Origin: Salpingoeca rosetta | Lineage: Eukaryota; Protista; Choanoflagellata | Assembly: GCA_033442325.1 (NCBI GenBank) | Contig: JAWQFM010000009.1 | Coordinates: 1,879,790 to 1,943,789, forward strand | Reading direction: 5' to 3' | Length of the DNA stretch: 64,000 nucleotides | Shown: in pieces, positions 38,776 to 53,178 of the stretch | How positions within the stretch are numbered: position 1 is the stretch's first letter | Layout: the number at the start of each line of letters is the position of its first letter | Translations under genes and position numbers: made by a program | Notes under the pieces: generated by a model | What the model saw: the letters and a program-made list of their open reading frames with translations, nothing else | Told to the model about the DNA's origin: nothing | The model's database searches: none

Positions 38776-38980
38776 TATTTGTTTGGTTGTTGCTGCTGCT
38801 GTACACAAAAGTGGGGCGCGTGTTGCGCTGTGTAAGGAGGTACCGTCAACATCAGTCAAAGGTTGGAATCCGTTTATCAAGTGCCACTCCGTTCCATGCA
38901 ACACAAGGGATCGATTGTTAGGGGCGAGTGGTGAGTGTAAAATTGGGGGGGGGGGGCATTGCGCGCGTGCGCGTGTGTGT

Positions 38981-40457
38981 TCACGAGAGGGCGATGAGGC
39001 GGTTGGAGTTCTCGACGAGTTCTTCGATGGCAACACGGCCGCGCTGCTTCAAAAACTTGGCCACCCCCTCCAGCTCCTGCCAATGCGGTGTTGGGGCAAT
39101 GTGCGGTGTGAACATTGTGCTGTTGGGCGGCGGGGAGGAGGACACGGGTGCAGGGGTGTGCAGGATCCCGAGATTGCATGTGCGCACGAGGGCGCACGAA
39201 AACGCACACAAACTCGCTCACTGACGAACTAACTAACAAACAAACAAAGAAACAAACGAGCGAGGGAACGAACGAGCGAGCGAACGAACGAACGAACGAA
39301 CGAACGAACGAACGAACAGACACACACACACACACAGACGCACACACACACACACACACAGACAGACGCACACACACACACACGACGCACCTCCTTTGAG
39401 ACGTAGATGTACTTTCCCCTGTCGTCTGTGACGCCCGTGAGCCAGCCCATGCTCTCAAGCGCATTGACGCGGTTGATTGCCTCCTGTGTGCGCAGGTCAA
39501 AGTGCGTGGCCAGGTCCTCCAGCGACACGACCTTCTTCTCCTTGATGAAGTTGACAAAGTCCGTGAGCAGACTCTGTGACTCGTCCTGGATCTCCGTTGC
39601 CTGCGATCCCTCTGTCTCCATCACAAACATGCCCTTGATGGCCTCGTATTCCTCTTGCTCCTTCCTCTTCTGCTCCTCCAGTTGCTGTTGTTCTTCGGCC
39701 TTTCTCTCCTCCTCCTCCCTCGTCTCGGCCTCCCTCATATCCGCTGCCGCCTTTTCCTCTTCCTCTCGTCGTCGCCGCTCCTCCTCTTGCCGCCGCCGCG
39801 CAGCCTGGACGCGTGCGTGCATGTGTACGTGTGTGCATGTGTACGTGTGTGCGTGTGCGTGTGTGCGTGTGCGTGTGGATGCGCGTGTGCATGTGTACGT
39901 GTGTGTGTGTGTGTTTGTGTGTGCGTTTGCGTGTGTGTATGTGTGTGTGTGTGCGCGCGGGTGTGATACATGGGCGGTGAGACATGGGCACGATGTATGC
40001 CGTGTGCTGCATGTGCAGAGGGCGCGTGTTGCTGCAGGTGACCACGCTTGGCAGCACGCATCGCGTGGATGAATGGCTTCACCTCTGTCGCGAGGCGGCG
40101 CTGGCGCTTTTCCTGCATCTTCTTCCACTTCTTCAAGCCAATGTGTGGGGGCCGTTGGCCTGCAATACCAGTACATGCAGGCACAGCATGGCGTTGAGAG
40201 GATGCACACAGACAAGCGCAGAGCAGGAAGGAGAGAGAGAGACAGAGAGAGGGGGGGAGAGAGGGAGACACAGACACAGACAGAGAGAGGCAGGGAGGGA
40301 GACGGAGAGAGACAGAAACAGAAAGCCCCGAGTGTTTCGACCGCAAGGCACACACACNNNNNNNNNNNNNNNNNNNNNNNNNNNNNNNNNNNNNNNNNNN
40401 NNNNNNNNNNNNNNNNNNNNNNNNNNNNNNNNNNNNNNNNNNNNNNNNNNNNNNNNN

Positions 40458-40544
<87 letters not shown>

Positions 40545-41041
40545 TTGGCGGCAAGCACAACGTGCGTACCTTTGGCGAGCATCTTGTCCAGGTCGTCACC
40601 TTCCTCGTCGTCCTCGTCGTCCGTGCTGCTTCCTTCGCTGTGATCGCCTGTTTGCTGCTGTTGAGGCGCTGCACGCGCAGCCGCTGCACCTTGCTGCCGG
40701 GTACTGGTGGCGTCGGCATTGTTCTCCTCCTCATCATCGTCCTCAGTGTCCTGCTGGCGTCCTCGCCTCCTGCGCATGACCTGGCGGCGGCCCTGCTGTC
40801 GGCCTGCTGCTGTGTTGCCCTTCTTCTGGTTCTTCTTATTCTTCTTCTTGTCATCCTCTTCGTTCTCAACGGCGTGGCCTTCGCTGTCGACTGCACGGAT
40901 CAGGGACGTAGGCGCGTGGGAACAGCGTTTGGTGAGCAAGTGGTGGTTGTGGAGAACGTGGAGTGGGACCACAACATGGGAATGTGGAGGGCTGGAAGCA
41001 GCAGGGAGCGCCACCACGAACGCCAGAAGACATACACCAGC

Positions 41042-41072
<31 letters not shown>

Positions 41073-41252
41073 TGTGTGTGTCTACACGTGTGTATTCACT
41101 CGTTCACACGCACATACACGCACACACATCGACGCAAGCAATCGACACTGCTGACCTTTGACCGCCTTTGTGTTGTACTTGTTCCTGATGAGGATCACGG
41201 CCACGATGACAAGCGCCACCACCACCGCACCAACAACCACGGCATCAACCAT
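38981..41252 (-). CDS. DDRGK1: DDRGK domain-containing protein 1 (UFBP1)
   Basis: N-terminal TM anchor [22 protein letters not shown], then [16 protein letters not shown], a charged coiled coil, and [14 protein letters not shown]...[15 protein letters not shown]|[29 protein letters not shown] scaffold gap lies in an intron. Confidence 0.95.
40358..40457. other. Assembly gap (100 N)
   Basis: N run. Confidence 1.
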
Positions 41253-41282
41253 CTTTGCTTGTGCTGCTTGTGTGCCGCACGA

Positions 41283-41301
41283 AATTGCTGACTCAGCAAT
41301 T
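41283..41301. promoter_or_regulatory. Perfect 19-bp palindrome containing a T-MARE/AP-1 site in the DDRGK1/SPAG8 divergent promoter
   Basis: AATTGCTGA-C-TCAGCAATT, whose core is TGCTGACTCAGCA. The palindrome is directly visible; its function is inferred. Confidence 0.5.
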
Positions 41302-41371
41302 CCCAGCTCGTCCTCACAACCAACAAACAAACCAAGAAGAAAGAAGCACCACGACAACAGCGACGACGAAG

Positions 41372-43107
<1,736 letters not shown>

Positions 43108-43265
43108 CGCAACGCAAAAGGGGAAGAGTGGGGGGAGGGCTGGCGTGTCATAACTGTCCCATGTCACAGGCAATCAATAAAGAACAACACACACAAAGCA
43201 AGGAACACTCTGTGTAACCGCGCACTTTCCACGCGATCACAACACAACCACACAAGCACAACATC

Positions 43266-44105
43266 ATGACTGAGGTGTTGGATGGACTGGAGATCACGTC
43301 TCACTCCAGCGCTGGGCATGGAACGTGCATCACAGTCACAACCAGCAACCCGCTTCCGCGTCTCTCCATCTGCTTTGACATTGGGTGCGTCCGAGAACAT
43401 CACTACTGCCCCGCGTGCATCAACTAAGCGCACCCACTCGTCATGTGCTCACAACAATGATGGCGTGATTGTAGGGCTTGCTTGACAGAGAGTGTGCAGG
43501 CACAACACGTCTTTGTCTCGCATTGCCACACGGTAAGCTTGTGCGTGCGTGACTGTCTGTGTATGTGTCTGTGTCTGTGGCTGTGCGTGTGAGTGTGTGT
43601 GTGTGTATGTGTGTGTGTATGTGTCTGTGTCTGTGTCTGTGTCTGTGTCTGTGGCTGTGCGTGTGTGTGTCTGTGTGTCTGTGTGTCTGTGTGTGTGTGT
43701 GTCTGTTCATTTGTGCGTGCCTGTGTGTCTGTGTGTCTGTGTGTCTGTGTGTGTCTGTTCATTTGTGCGTGCCTGTGTGTGGTCACGTGAAGTCACCATT
43801 TCAGCTCCTTCGCCCTCTGAGGACCCTACTACCTCTTGATTCACATGTCCTGTCCATATCTGTTCGAATGCTGCCACATCACCCCGTCCTGTTCCAAACA
43901 GGATCATGTTGGGTCCCTCATGCTGCACGCCCGAGCACGTGAAATGTGCTCTGGCCCAGCCACCTACTATGTCCCCGAGCCCGTGATTCCACATCTCCGA
44001 CGCATGCAGCAGGTCAGCCGCTGCGCGCGCGCGTGTCTGTGTCTGTGTGTCTGTGTCTGCGAGTGTGTCTGTCTGTGTCTGTCTGTGTCTGTGTGTCTGT
44101 GACTG

Positions 44106-44136
<31 letters not shown>

Positions 44137-47100
44137 TTGCCTACCTGTCTGTTTGCCTGCCTGTCTGTGTCTGCGTGGTCCTTTCCCTGTGCACCTCCAT
44201 GTGTTCCCTCAACGCGAGCATTTTGTCACCGACCACACATCATCGTCACGCCAGCTGTTTGCAGACCTCGACAGCGATGGTGTTCCAAAGGTGCCTCCCG
44301 CTCGCTTCGAACCCATCTGGCCCGGTCGTGTTGTTCCCGTCGGCAAAGGCTTTGCTGTCAAAGTCCTTGCTGTTGAGCACCGCGTCCACAATGCATTTGC
44401 TTTCGTCCTCCAGCGCCGTGACCGCCTCGTACGTGTGTGTGTGTGTCTGTGTGTCTGTGTGTCTGTGTGTCTGTGTGTCTGTGTGTCTGTGTGTCTGTGT
44501 GTCTGTGTGTCTGTGTCTGTGTGTCTGTAAGTCAGTCGGCGTCTGTGCCTGTCTGTCTGTCTGTCTGTGACTGTGCGTTGTGTCTCTGCACAAATGTACT
44601 GCCCAACTTGCTCCCCCACCCCGTTGCTCTCCCATTGCTCGCCCCGTTGCTTTTTCTGCCCCTGTGCAAGTACTCAAGCCCGCATGCTTACGTGTGTGCA
44701 TCCTCTCGCCTCCCTTCACCCACGCACTTGCCCCCTCCCCCCGTTCCGCTTGCAGCCGCTCCCGCCAGAGTTTCGCGGTCTTCCCCCGATGGAGATCAAA
44801 GCCCTCTACGACGAGAATGTACGCCGTAGCTTGTACTGCATTGCTGCAATATGTCTGTGTGCATGTGTGTATGCCTGTGCATGTGTATGTATGTCTATGT
44901 CTGTGTCTGCGCAAATATCTCCCTGTGTGTGTATGTGTGCATGTGTGTGCGCATTGCTACTGAGGTTAACTCGAATGCGTCTTGCTCACGGCCTCACCCC
45001 AACCCTGATCCCTGCACCTGCTCTCCTCATCACCCCACAGGTTGTGCAGAAGTTTGGGCCACCAAAGGCGCTTCTCACCTATTCCGGTACACCGCGCACT
45101 GGCGTTTGGTTGTTGGCGATTGCGTTCCTCTTCCTCCCTCACCATGCAACCCCACACATGTGCGTCGTGCAGGCGACTGCGTGCTACGATCGCTCCTGAA
45201 ACATGCATTTGTTCTCTCGACACGTGTCCTCATCTGCGAGCTGACCTACCTTGACGACGTGCGCGTGTGTGTGTGTGTGTGTGTGTGTCTGTGTGTCTGT
45301 GTGTGTGTCTGTGTGTCTGTGTGTGTGTCTGTGTGTGTCTGTGTGTGTGTCTGTGTGTGTGTCTGTGTGCGTGTATGTGTCTGTGCGTATGTTTCTGCTC
45401 TTTTGCCATCGATCGCCTCTCATTGCACCTTGCGTGGACACTCACCCTCCTGCACTGTCGCGTCTGCTTCTCCATTCACACACACATACGCGCGCGCACA
45501 CACATACACATGCACACACGCACACACACACACCCACACACACACAGCGAACAGAGTCAAAGGCTGAAAAGTACATGCACGTCCACTTGAAAGAGGTGGG
45601 ATGATCCATCCTGTGTGATGCCAATCAGATGCCACCACCATTCTTCCCCCAAGCACGATCCTGATACCTTGTCCGTATTGCTGTTCGCTGTGTGTTGTGC
45701 TCATTTGTGGCTGCAGCTCGTGCCAGCGCTCCATCGCTTTAGGAATCTGTCCCATCTTCACCTCGTGCACTTCTCAACACGGTTCGAACACATCACTGCT
45801 GGTGGTGCTGGTGGTGCTGGTGCTGGTGCTGGTGCTGGTGCCACTTTGACGTCGACATGTCTGTTACCTGCTCCATCGTCAAGTCAGTCCTCCCTCCCCC
45901 CGTCACTCACCCGCTCACCCGCTCAAGTGCATGCACACACACACACGCACACACACACACGCGCGCACGCGCGCGCGCACGCACGCACGCACACAGGTAC
46001 TGTGCTGAATCGATTTGCGGACACCTAATGGCCCTACCGACAAGAATGCAGGGTCAGTGCTCGCATTGCCTGAACTGACACGCATGCGATGTGACTGCGC
46101 TGGTGGCGACGCGTGGCAACGCCTCACAAAGACCCACCGCCTCTTTCCAATACTCCATGTGTTTCTTCTGTTCAGACCGGACGTCCGTTGGCTTGATGGC
46201 CTTTGGCGAGAGCAGTGCTGCCTTGAGATGGGCGCTGAAACGCGTCTTCTACGTGCAGGTCAGTGAGCAGAGCTCTGCTGGAACGTTGCTGGTGGTTCTG
46301 CTAGTTGCTCGGTGATGCTGAGTCTGGGTGCCAAGACACTGTTTTGTGACATGGATGACAATGCAACGTCGTTCTGTTGTCTTCAAAGGGACCTGGTGGC
46401 TGCGCCATCCCCGCCGTTGTCACATCCACACGGCACGACCACACACTTCGCGCGCTCTGCAGAGTGAGAAGTTGCAGATGCTCTGGCGTATTGGTTTGGA
46501 TTTTGGTGGGCTCGAGCCCTCTTCACTCCCTCATAATTCATGTGCACTTTGTTTTCTTCGCTCACATTGCACGCAATCGCACATGCGCGCGCGCACACAC
46601 TCACTCACATACGCCCTCGCTCACTCACACACACACTCACTCACATACGCCCTCGCTCACTCACAAACACTCACATATGCCCTCGCTCACTCACTGTCCC
46701 ACTGTCCCTCACTCACTTCGTCCCCGTGTCCCGTCTCGCAACACACGCCTACCAGACGTTGGTGGTGCGGGACATGGAGGATCAGCCGGGCGACTGTGCG
46801 GGAGTGTCGTGCGTCATCTCTGTGCCCACCCTCAACCGGTCAACAGCGATGCACATCTACTCCCTCGGGGACGCAGGGAAGGCGACTGTTGACGGCATTG
46901 TCAGCGGGGTCAGGGAGGCCGGCGGCGGTGCTCCTGCACGTGCACACGGCATTGCAAAGGGCGCCCTCAAATATGTTCTTGACATTGAGCGAGGAGCAGA
47001 TGCACATGCGCACGCGGATGAAGTTGTTGCCACCCTGCGTAGCGGTGAGCCGCTGGTGGCGCTGCTTGCGGCACAGACAGCGCCGCATCACCAGCCACCG

Positions 47101-47232
47101 CCGCACCTGCCGACGAAGCGAACGACAACACCAGAAGGTCCAGCTGGAGGACACGCGCAGCTGTCGCACCACCACTCCAAACAGTCAAAACAGTCCACGC
47201 CGTCAAACCACACCAGGCCACCGCCAGGCTAG
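43266..47232 (+). CDS. Short-form tRNase Z, TM (Thermotoga/plant TRZ1) type, with a probable C-terminal extension
   Basis: [15 protein letters not shown]...ICFDIG|...HVFVSHCHT|DHVG (HxHxDH), VEHRV, the short arm [19 protein letters not shown]|[17 protein letters not shown] and LVHFSTR|Y. The nuclease core ends near 46205; the joins to the last exons up to 47232 are less certain. Confidence 0.8.
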
Positions 47233-47756
47233 CACCAGTGCGTCGTCAGTCACCGTATATTTCGTTCTCTTTCTTCAACAATTCCATCGCCTTTCGTTTG
47301 ACCTTGAGCGCCTGCACACGTGTTTTGTGTATGTCGTTGCTGTTGTCGGTGGTGTACACACTGTTGTAATAAAATGGTCCAGCTACTGCAATTCGCAACC
47401 TGCATGTGACAGCAGTTGCGCGTGGCCTGGACACTTATGGTTGCGCTTCAACCAGTGTTGTCGCTGATACATACGAGTCGATCGTTTACAGCGTGGGTGA
47501 TGAAGGCGCTCAAGCAGCCAACACATGCCACACAAAAAGGCACAAGCAATACAAACAACTCGCTCATGGCAAGCATGCATCCGGGACAAGCCAAACCACA
47601 CACGCAGACCAGTAACAAAGCAGTGGCGTTCGCGGCCAAGCGACATGGGAACAACGCAAAAGTATAACGGGGCCGCAAGGAACAACACGGGTCGGAATAG
47701 CATTGGCGCCAACGCAATGACACGAACAGGGTGGCGAAGGCACAAACACGCACATG

Positions 47757-47869
<113 letters not shown>

Positions 47870-47899
47870 GTCATCGTCATCGTCATCTGCCGCCACGCG

Positions 47900-49447
47900 C
47901 CAGGCGCGCAGGGACCAGGTGAAGGAGGAGCTTGCACGCTGAAGGGCCCAACGGCGTACACAACGAAAAACACGGGCGCCTCAAACGGAGGCGCAACAAC
48001 GTTCAGGTGCTCGTCGTCGGTTTCGCTCTCTGCAGCGCCGAGCAAGTTGCCCCCAAAGTCAAACGCGGCAACGTCAAGGTCAGCCGCCTCGTGGTCAAAG
48101 TACACGTCGATGCTGATGAGGCCAAGCTCGCAGGACGCAAAGGCGAACCAGTCGTCCTCCCCAAAGCACACCGTTGCGTTGAAGTTGGCGCTTGAGGAGA
48201 CGAATGCGACCTCATCCGGGGCGCTGTCGTTGGGCTCAAAGCCGTCGTTGGTGCAGCTGACGTTGCACGTAATCGACACCTCCAGCTTGTACGGAGCCTC
48301 GTCGCCATCAAACCCAAACACGAGAATGTAGTACGTGGCAGCGTGGGTAGTGTTGGAGTTGACGGTGAAGGCGAGCTCTGGCCGCTCCTCTGTCTCCGAG
48401 GCGGTCACCACTGCCCCGCTCTCGTCGTAGATGATGAGGTCCAGGTCGCCAATGTCGTCGTCAAACACCACCGCAACGTCGAGCAGGCCACTCGCGCACA
48501 CGGTCACCTCGTAGTAGTCGTCGTTATCTGTACAGGCCGTGGCGAACAGCTCGGTGGTCTCGTTGCCAATGAAGGCCGCGGTCTCGGGGGTGTCGTTGGG
48601 CTCAGAATCGTCTGTCAGGCACGCCAGCTCACTGCAGAGCACCGTGGTCTGCATGGTGTAAGGGGCAGACTCGTTCCCAAAGCCGAAGACGTCAATGTAC
48701 AGGGTGGTGTTGTCACCGTCGTGGACGAACACAATCCGTTCATCGTCGGTGATGCTGTCCGCGTACGTCAGCAGGCTGCCGCCATCATCATACAGGTCCA
48801 TGTCCACGTCTGCTTTGTCATTGTTGAAGTACAGGTCAATGATGACGGTGCCGTTGCACACTGGAATGCTGAACCAGTCGTCCTCGCCGTCGCAAATGCT
48901 GGCGGAGATGCTGTTCATCGCTTCCGACAGTGTAGCAACTTCACCAGGCGGACTGTCGTTTGGTTCGTACATGTCAACCATGCAGCCAGTCGTGGTTGTT
49001 GTTGTGGTTGTTGTGGTTGTTGTGGTTGTTGTGGTTGTACTTGTTGTTGTCGTGGTGGTGGACGTGGTAGTTGTTGTCACTGTGATGTTGCAGTTCATGT
49101 CCGCAGTGGAGAAGGCACAGAAGCGGCTGGGGATGCGCAGCACAGACAAGGGAACCGAGGAGTGATGAGCTAACTGACAGGCTACGATCAGAACCAGCAG
49201 CTGAGTCCATTACAGACATACGAGCGTCACAAAGCAGTGTTCACGTGTCCATTCATCCCCAACGCAACTCACTAGCAGCTGGCGCTCCGCTTGAAATCTT
49301 CCAATGTGGAGGAAGCGTCCACTTCGTCGCAATCAGAGAGGCAGACGCCGAGCTGAACAAAGGCGAGAGTGGTGTGCCGGCCCGCGAGTGCCATGCAGTC
49401 CGCAAACACATCACGGATATCATTCCCATACAGGCTCTGTGGTACAA

Positions 49448-49486
<39 letters not shown>

Positions 49487-50535
49487 CGTGTGTGTGTGCG
49501 TGTGTGTGTGTGTGTGTGTGTGCGTGCGTGTGTGTGTGTGTGTGTGTGTGCGTGTGTGCGGGTGCGTGTGTGTGTGTGTGCGTGTGCGTGTGCGTGCGTG
49601 CGTGTGTGTGAGTACGTGAGAGCATGCGTACATGCGTGCACGTCCGTGAACATGACGGTGAAGAAGAACAGAAGAGCAGACAGAGGCATTGATACAAGAG
49701 CGTGCTTGATGAAAGGTGCAGCAACAACAGAAATGCATGCGCTGCCCAACCTCGCCGACGCAGTTGGACACGGCTTTGGAGCATGGTGACTCGCACTCCC
49801 CAAGAGGAGTCGTGCTTGAGGTTGTGGTTGTGGTGGTTGTAGTGATCGTGGTTGTGGTTGTTGCTGTGGTGGTCGTGGTTGTCACTTCGATCTCACGCAC
49901 GTCCAAGACGGTGCAATGGTTGAAGCGGAACTTGGTGGTGGCGGCGCACTCCTGCAGCGTGTCGACGTGCGCCGAGTTGAGAGTGGTGGTGCGGAAGGTG
50001 GTGCCGTTGATGACCTCGATCGTCGCAGCCGTGTCGCCGTTGTACCGGCACACCTGTGGTGTGTTGGGGTGTGTTGGGGGGGGGGGTGGAGAAAAGGGAG
50101 CGTTGAGGAGATAGGGAGAGATGGGGAGAAGGGAGAGAAAGGGATGTCGTGAGATATTCCGCATCGTGGGATGGCGTGTGTTTGGAGTGGGGAGCAGAGG
50201 GAGACAAAGAACAAATACACATACACATACACAGACAGACAGACAGACAGACAGACACATACGCACACATACAAACACACACACACACACACACACACAC
50301 AATGGGACGAATGACATCACGGTACAGTGCAACTCACGCGTCCAATGTTGCAGTCCTCCTCGAGTGCCTGCTTCCAGCGCATGCCGAAGAAGTTGATGCC
50401 GTCCTCGTCGCGCTCGTCGAGCGGATCGCGGCAGTTCACGTCCACCTGATCATGCAGGGGAGGTGGTGGTGAGTTGACAATCACGTGTGTATGTTTGTTG
50501 GTGTGTGTGTTTGTTGTGTGTTTGTTTGGTTTTGC

Positions 50536-50583
<48 letters not shown>

Positions 50584-51392
50584 CGATGACACCTTGCGCA
50601 TGAGGTACAAAACACACTCACACACGCGCGAACGCACCTCCATGACGGTGGTGAAAACGGTCTGCGTGCAGTTTGAGACGGCGAAGCAGCCATCAGCGGC
50701 GGTGTCATTGCAACGGTACACTTTGTAGCAATCTGAAGGACAAGCAATGTGTGCGTGTGTGTGTGCGTGCGTGTGTGTGTGTTCGTGCGTGTGTGTGTGA
50801 GCAAGTGAGTGTGGGCAGGTTGATGAGGTTGACGGTTTTGGTCGAATGCGGGTGGATGGCAAGCGTGGGAGTTCTCAACAAACACTCAAAACCAAGCACC
50901 GTGGCCGGTGGGTCTCACCTCCGCTATCGCAGGAATCGCTGAAGCTCTTGCACTGGCACATTCCGCCTGTCGCAGCGTTGGCGGCCACGGCGATGATGAG
51001 GAAGAAGTGGCGCGTATTGGGTGGCACTGCCAAGAAGCACAAGACACGCCCCCCCCCCACACACACACGCACACACACACACACGCACGCACGCACACGC
51101 ACACACACGCACGCACGCAGACACACGCACACGCACACGCACACGCACACACGCACACATGACAGCCAGGTGTACCTGTGGTGCAGCGGTCCTGGGAGAG
51201 ACCAGACGCCTGGCCTCCTTCAAAGTGGTAGCCTTCTGAAGCAGCTGTCAAGCTGGCGCAGCCATCGATTGCCTTTTGGACATCAAGAACATGGAGGACA
51301 AGTGTGATTTGCTGGGTGAGGCAGAGGTGTTGTTGTGGTGCACGAAGAGGGGGGGAGGAAGAGGAAGGCCGTTGACAACAGCAGGTGCACAC

Positions 51393-51445
<53 letters not shown>

Positions 51446-51845
51446 CACACACACACACAGAGCGCATCCGTTGTTGTCGAATGGGCTCACCACTTCTGCA
51501 AGGAATTCGGATGGGCTGAGTTCATCTCCAAGAACGACAGTCTGCAGTAGTACATTCGTGGGTGTTGGGGGTGAGTACGATGTAGAGTCGTAGAAGCTGA
51601 GCCAGTTGAATGCGCCAAACACGACAAGGGAAGGCGCACAGGGAAAACAGTCGGGAGAGGGTCCAAGTCTTCAAGACCACTAGGGCTCGTGCTCCTCTTG
51701 CTTCCAAGCAGAGCAAGCATGCCACCGTCTCAATCATTTGTATCCGCGCACTCACGTCGTTGACGATGGCGTGTGTCGATGAAGGAGCGAGCACGCTGAA
51801 AGCGAGCACCACTAGGAGGGTGCCCGTGAAGGCGGAAGCACGCAT
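47900..51845 (-). CDS. Secreted Cys-rich protein with two Thr-rich mucin-like stalks and three tandem PPC-like (pre-peptidase C-terminal) repeats; 3' end unresolved (may extend to 47246)
   Basis: Signal peptide [26 protein letters not shown]; poly-Thr tracts; three repeats of C-x2-D-x2-EPND...C-x3-DD[WY]...D[LV]D[LMV]-x3-D-x2-G within one ~1.2-kb exon, the first two ending in APY. Confidence 0.75.
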
Positions 51846-52191
51846 CGTGGATGGGGAGGCTCAGGAGGGGACGGGGGAAATGAGGCATCCCTCATGGCAT
51901 GTACGCCTCCTTCTGGCAGTCGCCATGCGCCTTGCACCTCAACCGCGCGTGGCTCGTCTCAACCGCTCTTGCATGGCATGTTTGTGGCGACAGCGCCGCT
52001 CGGTGGGCCGTCTTCACCTGCAACATGGGCGTGCCTGGGTGCCTGCATGCCGATGCTGCACACTCCCTCCTCCACCGCTGTCCTTCCACAGCAACCGCTG
52101 TCCTTCACCAACATTCCCAGCGAGCCATGCTTTGCACGAACGAAATTGCACCTCCGAGACATTTGCAAATTGCAGTGGACGAGATGAAGGC

Positions 52192-52318
<127 letters not shown>

Positions 52319-52418
52319 NNNNNNNNNNNNNNNNNNNNNNNNNNNNNNNNNNNNNNNNNNNNNNNNNNNNNNNNNNNNNNNNNNNNNNNNNNNNNNNNNN
52401 NNNNNNNNNNNNNNNNNN
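52319..52418. other. Assembly gap (100 N)
   Basis: N run. Confidence 1.
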
Positions 52419-53042
52419 CAACACCTTCATGCGCACACACACACGCAAATGCTCGCAGGGGGAAGATGCAAGTGGAAGGGCTGGCGTACGACACGCCCAA
52501 TGAGACGCCACACGATGTGATGCAGGAGTCTGTATGGTGCAACACCCCCCGCCCACCGACGAAAGGCGGCCAAGGACAATGCACCCATGTGATGTGTTTG
52601 CGTGTGACGATGATGATGAGGTGGAGGAGGAGGAGAGGACGAAGATGTCTAACAGCGTAACCAAGATCAGCTTTGTCACGAGTTCAATAGTTCAGCCTAC
52701 CTTTGTGTGTGGTTACCTCTGCGTCTGTGCATGGAAGTAAACGCGTTGAGATCACACGACGTCAGGGAGGCTGCGTGTGTGTGTGTGCGTGTGAAGCAAA
52801 GCAACGCTGAAGACAAGCAACAAGAGAGGGGGAGATGAGCCAACACACGCCACCACCTCTTCACCCCACGAAGTGGAAGCAAGCAAGTCAGCAAGCAAAG
52901 AAGAAGAAGAAGAAGTAAACCGAACCAAGCCAAGCTAAGACAAGAGAGAAGAGGGAAGTGAGATAGCAACCACAGCAGCACAACAGCACCACAGCAGCTA
53001 CAGCAACAGCAACCACAGCAGCTACACCCCATATGAAGAGGG

Positions 53043-53053
53043 AAAAAAAAAAA
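53043..53053 (-). terminator. RNA polymerase III oligo-T terminator of the 5S gene
   Basis: T11 on the minus strand, about 7 nt after the 5S 3' end. Confidence 0.85.
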
Positions 53054-53059
53054 GGAGGA

Positions 53060-53178
53060 GAGCAACATCACCCGTGATTCCCGCCTGGTCACCCACGGCA
53101 GTACTGAACGGGCCCAAACGGGCTTAGCTTCCGCGATCGGACGAGAGCGGGCGTGATCCCGTTGGTATGAACGTTGCC
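53060..53178 (-). rRNA. 5S ribosomal RNA gene (solitary copy)
   Basis: Minus strand GGCAACGTTCATACCAACGGGATCACGCCCGCTCTCGTCCGATCGCGGAAGCTAAGCCCGTTTGGGCCCGTTCAGTACTGCCGTGGGTGACCAGGCGGGAATCACGGGTGATGTTGCT. It is ~119 nt, has the conserved CATACC, CGATC, GAAGCTAAGC, AGTACT and GGGAA motifs, and the main helices pair. Confidence 0.95.

Noticed and set aside
49162-49204. GTGATGA...CTGA (C/D-like boxes)
   Set aside because: Antisense to the host intron and only ~40 nt long.
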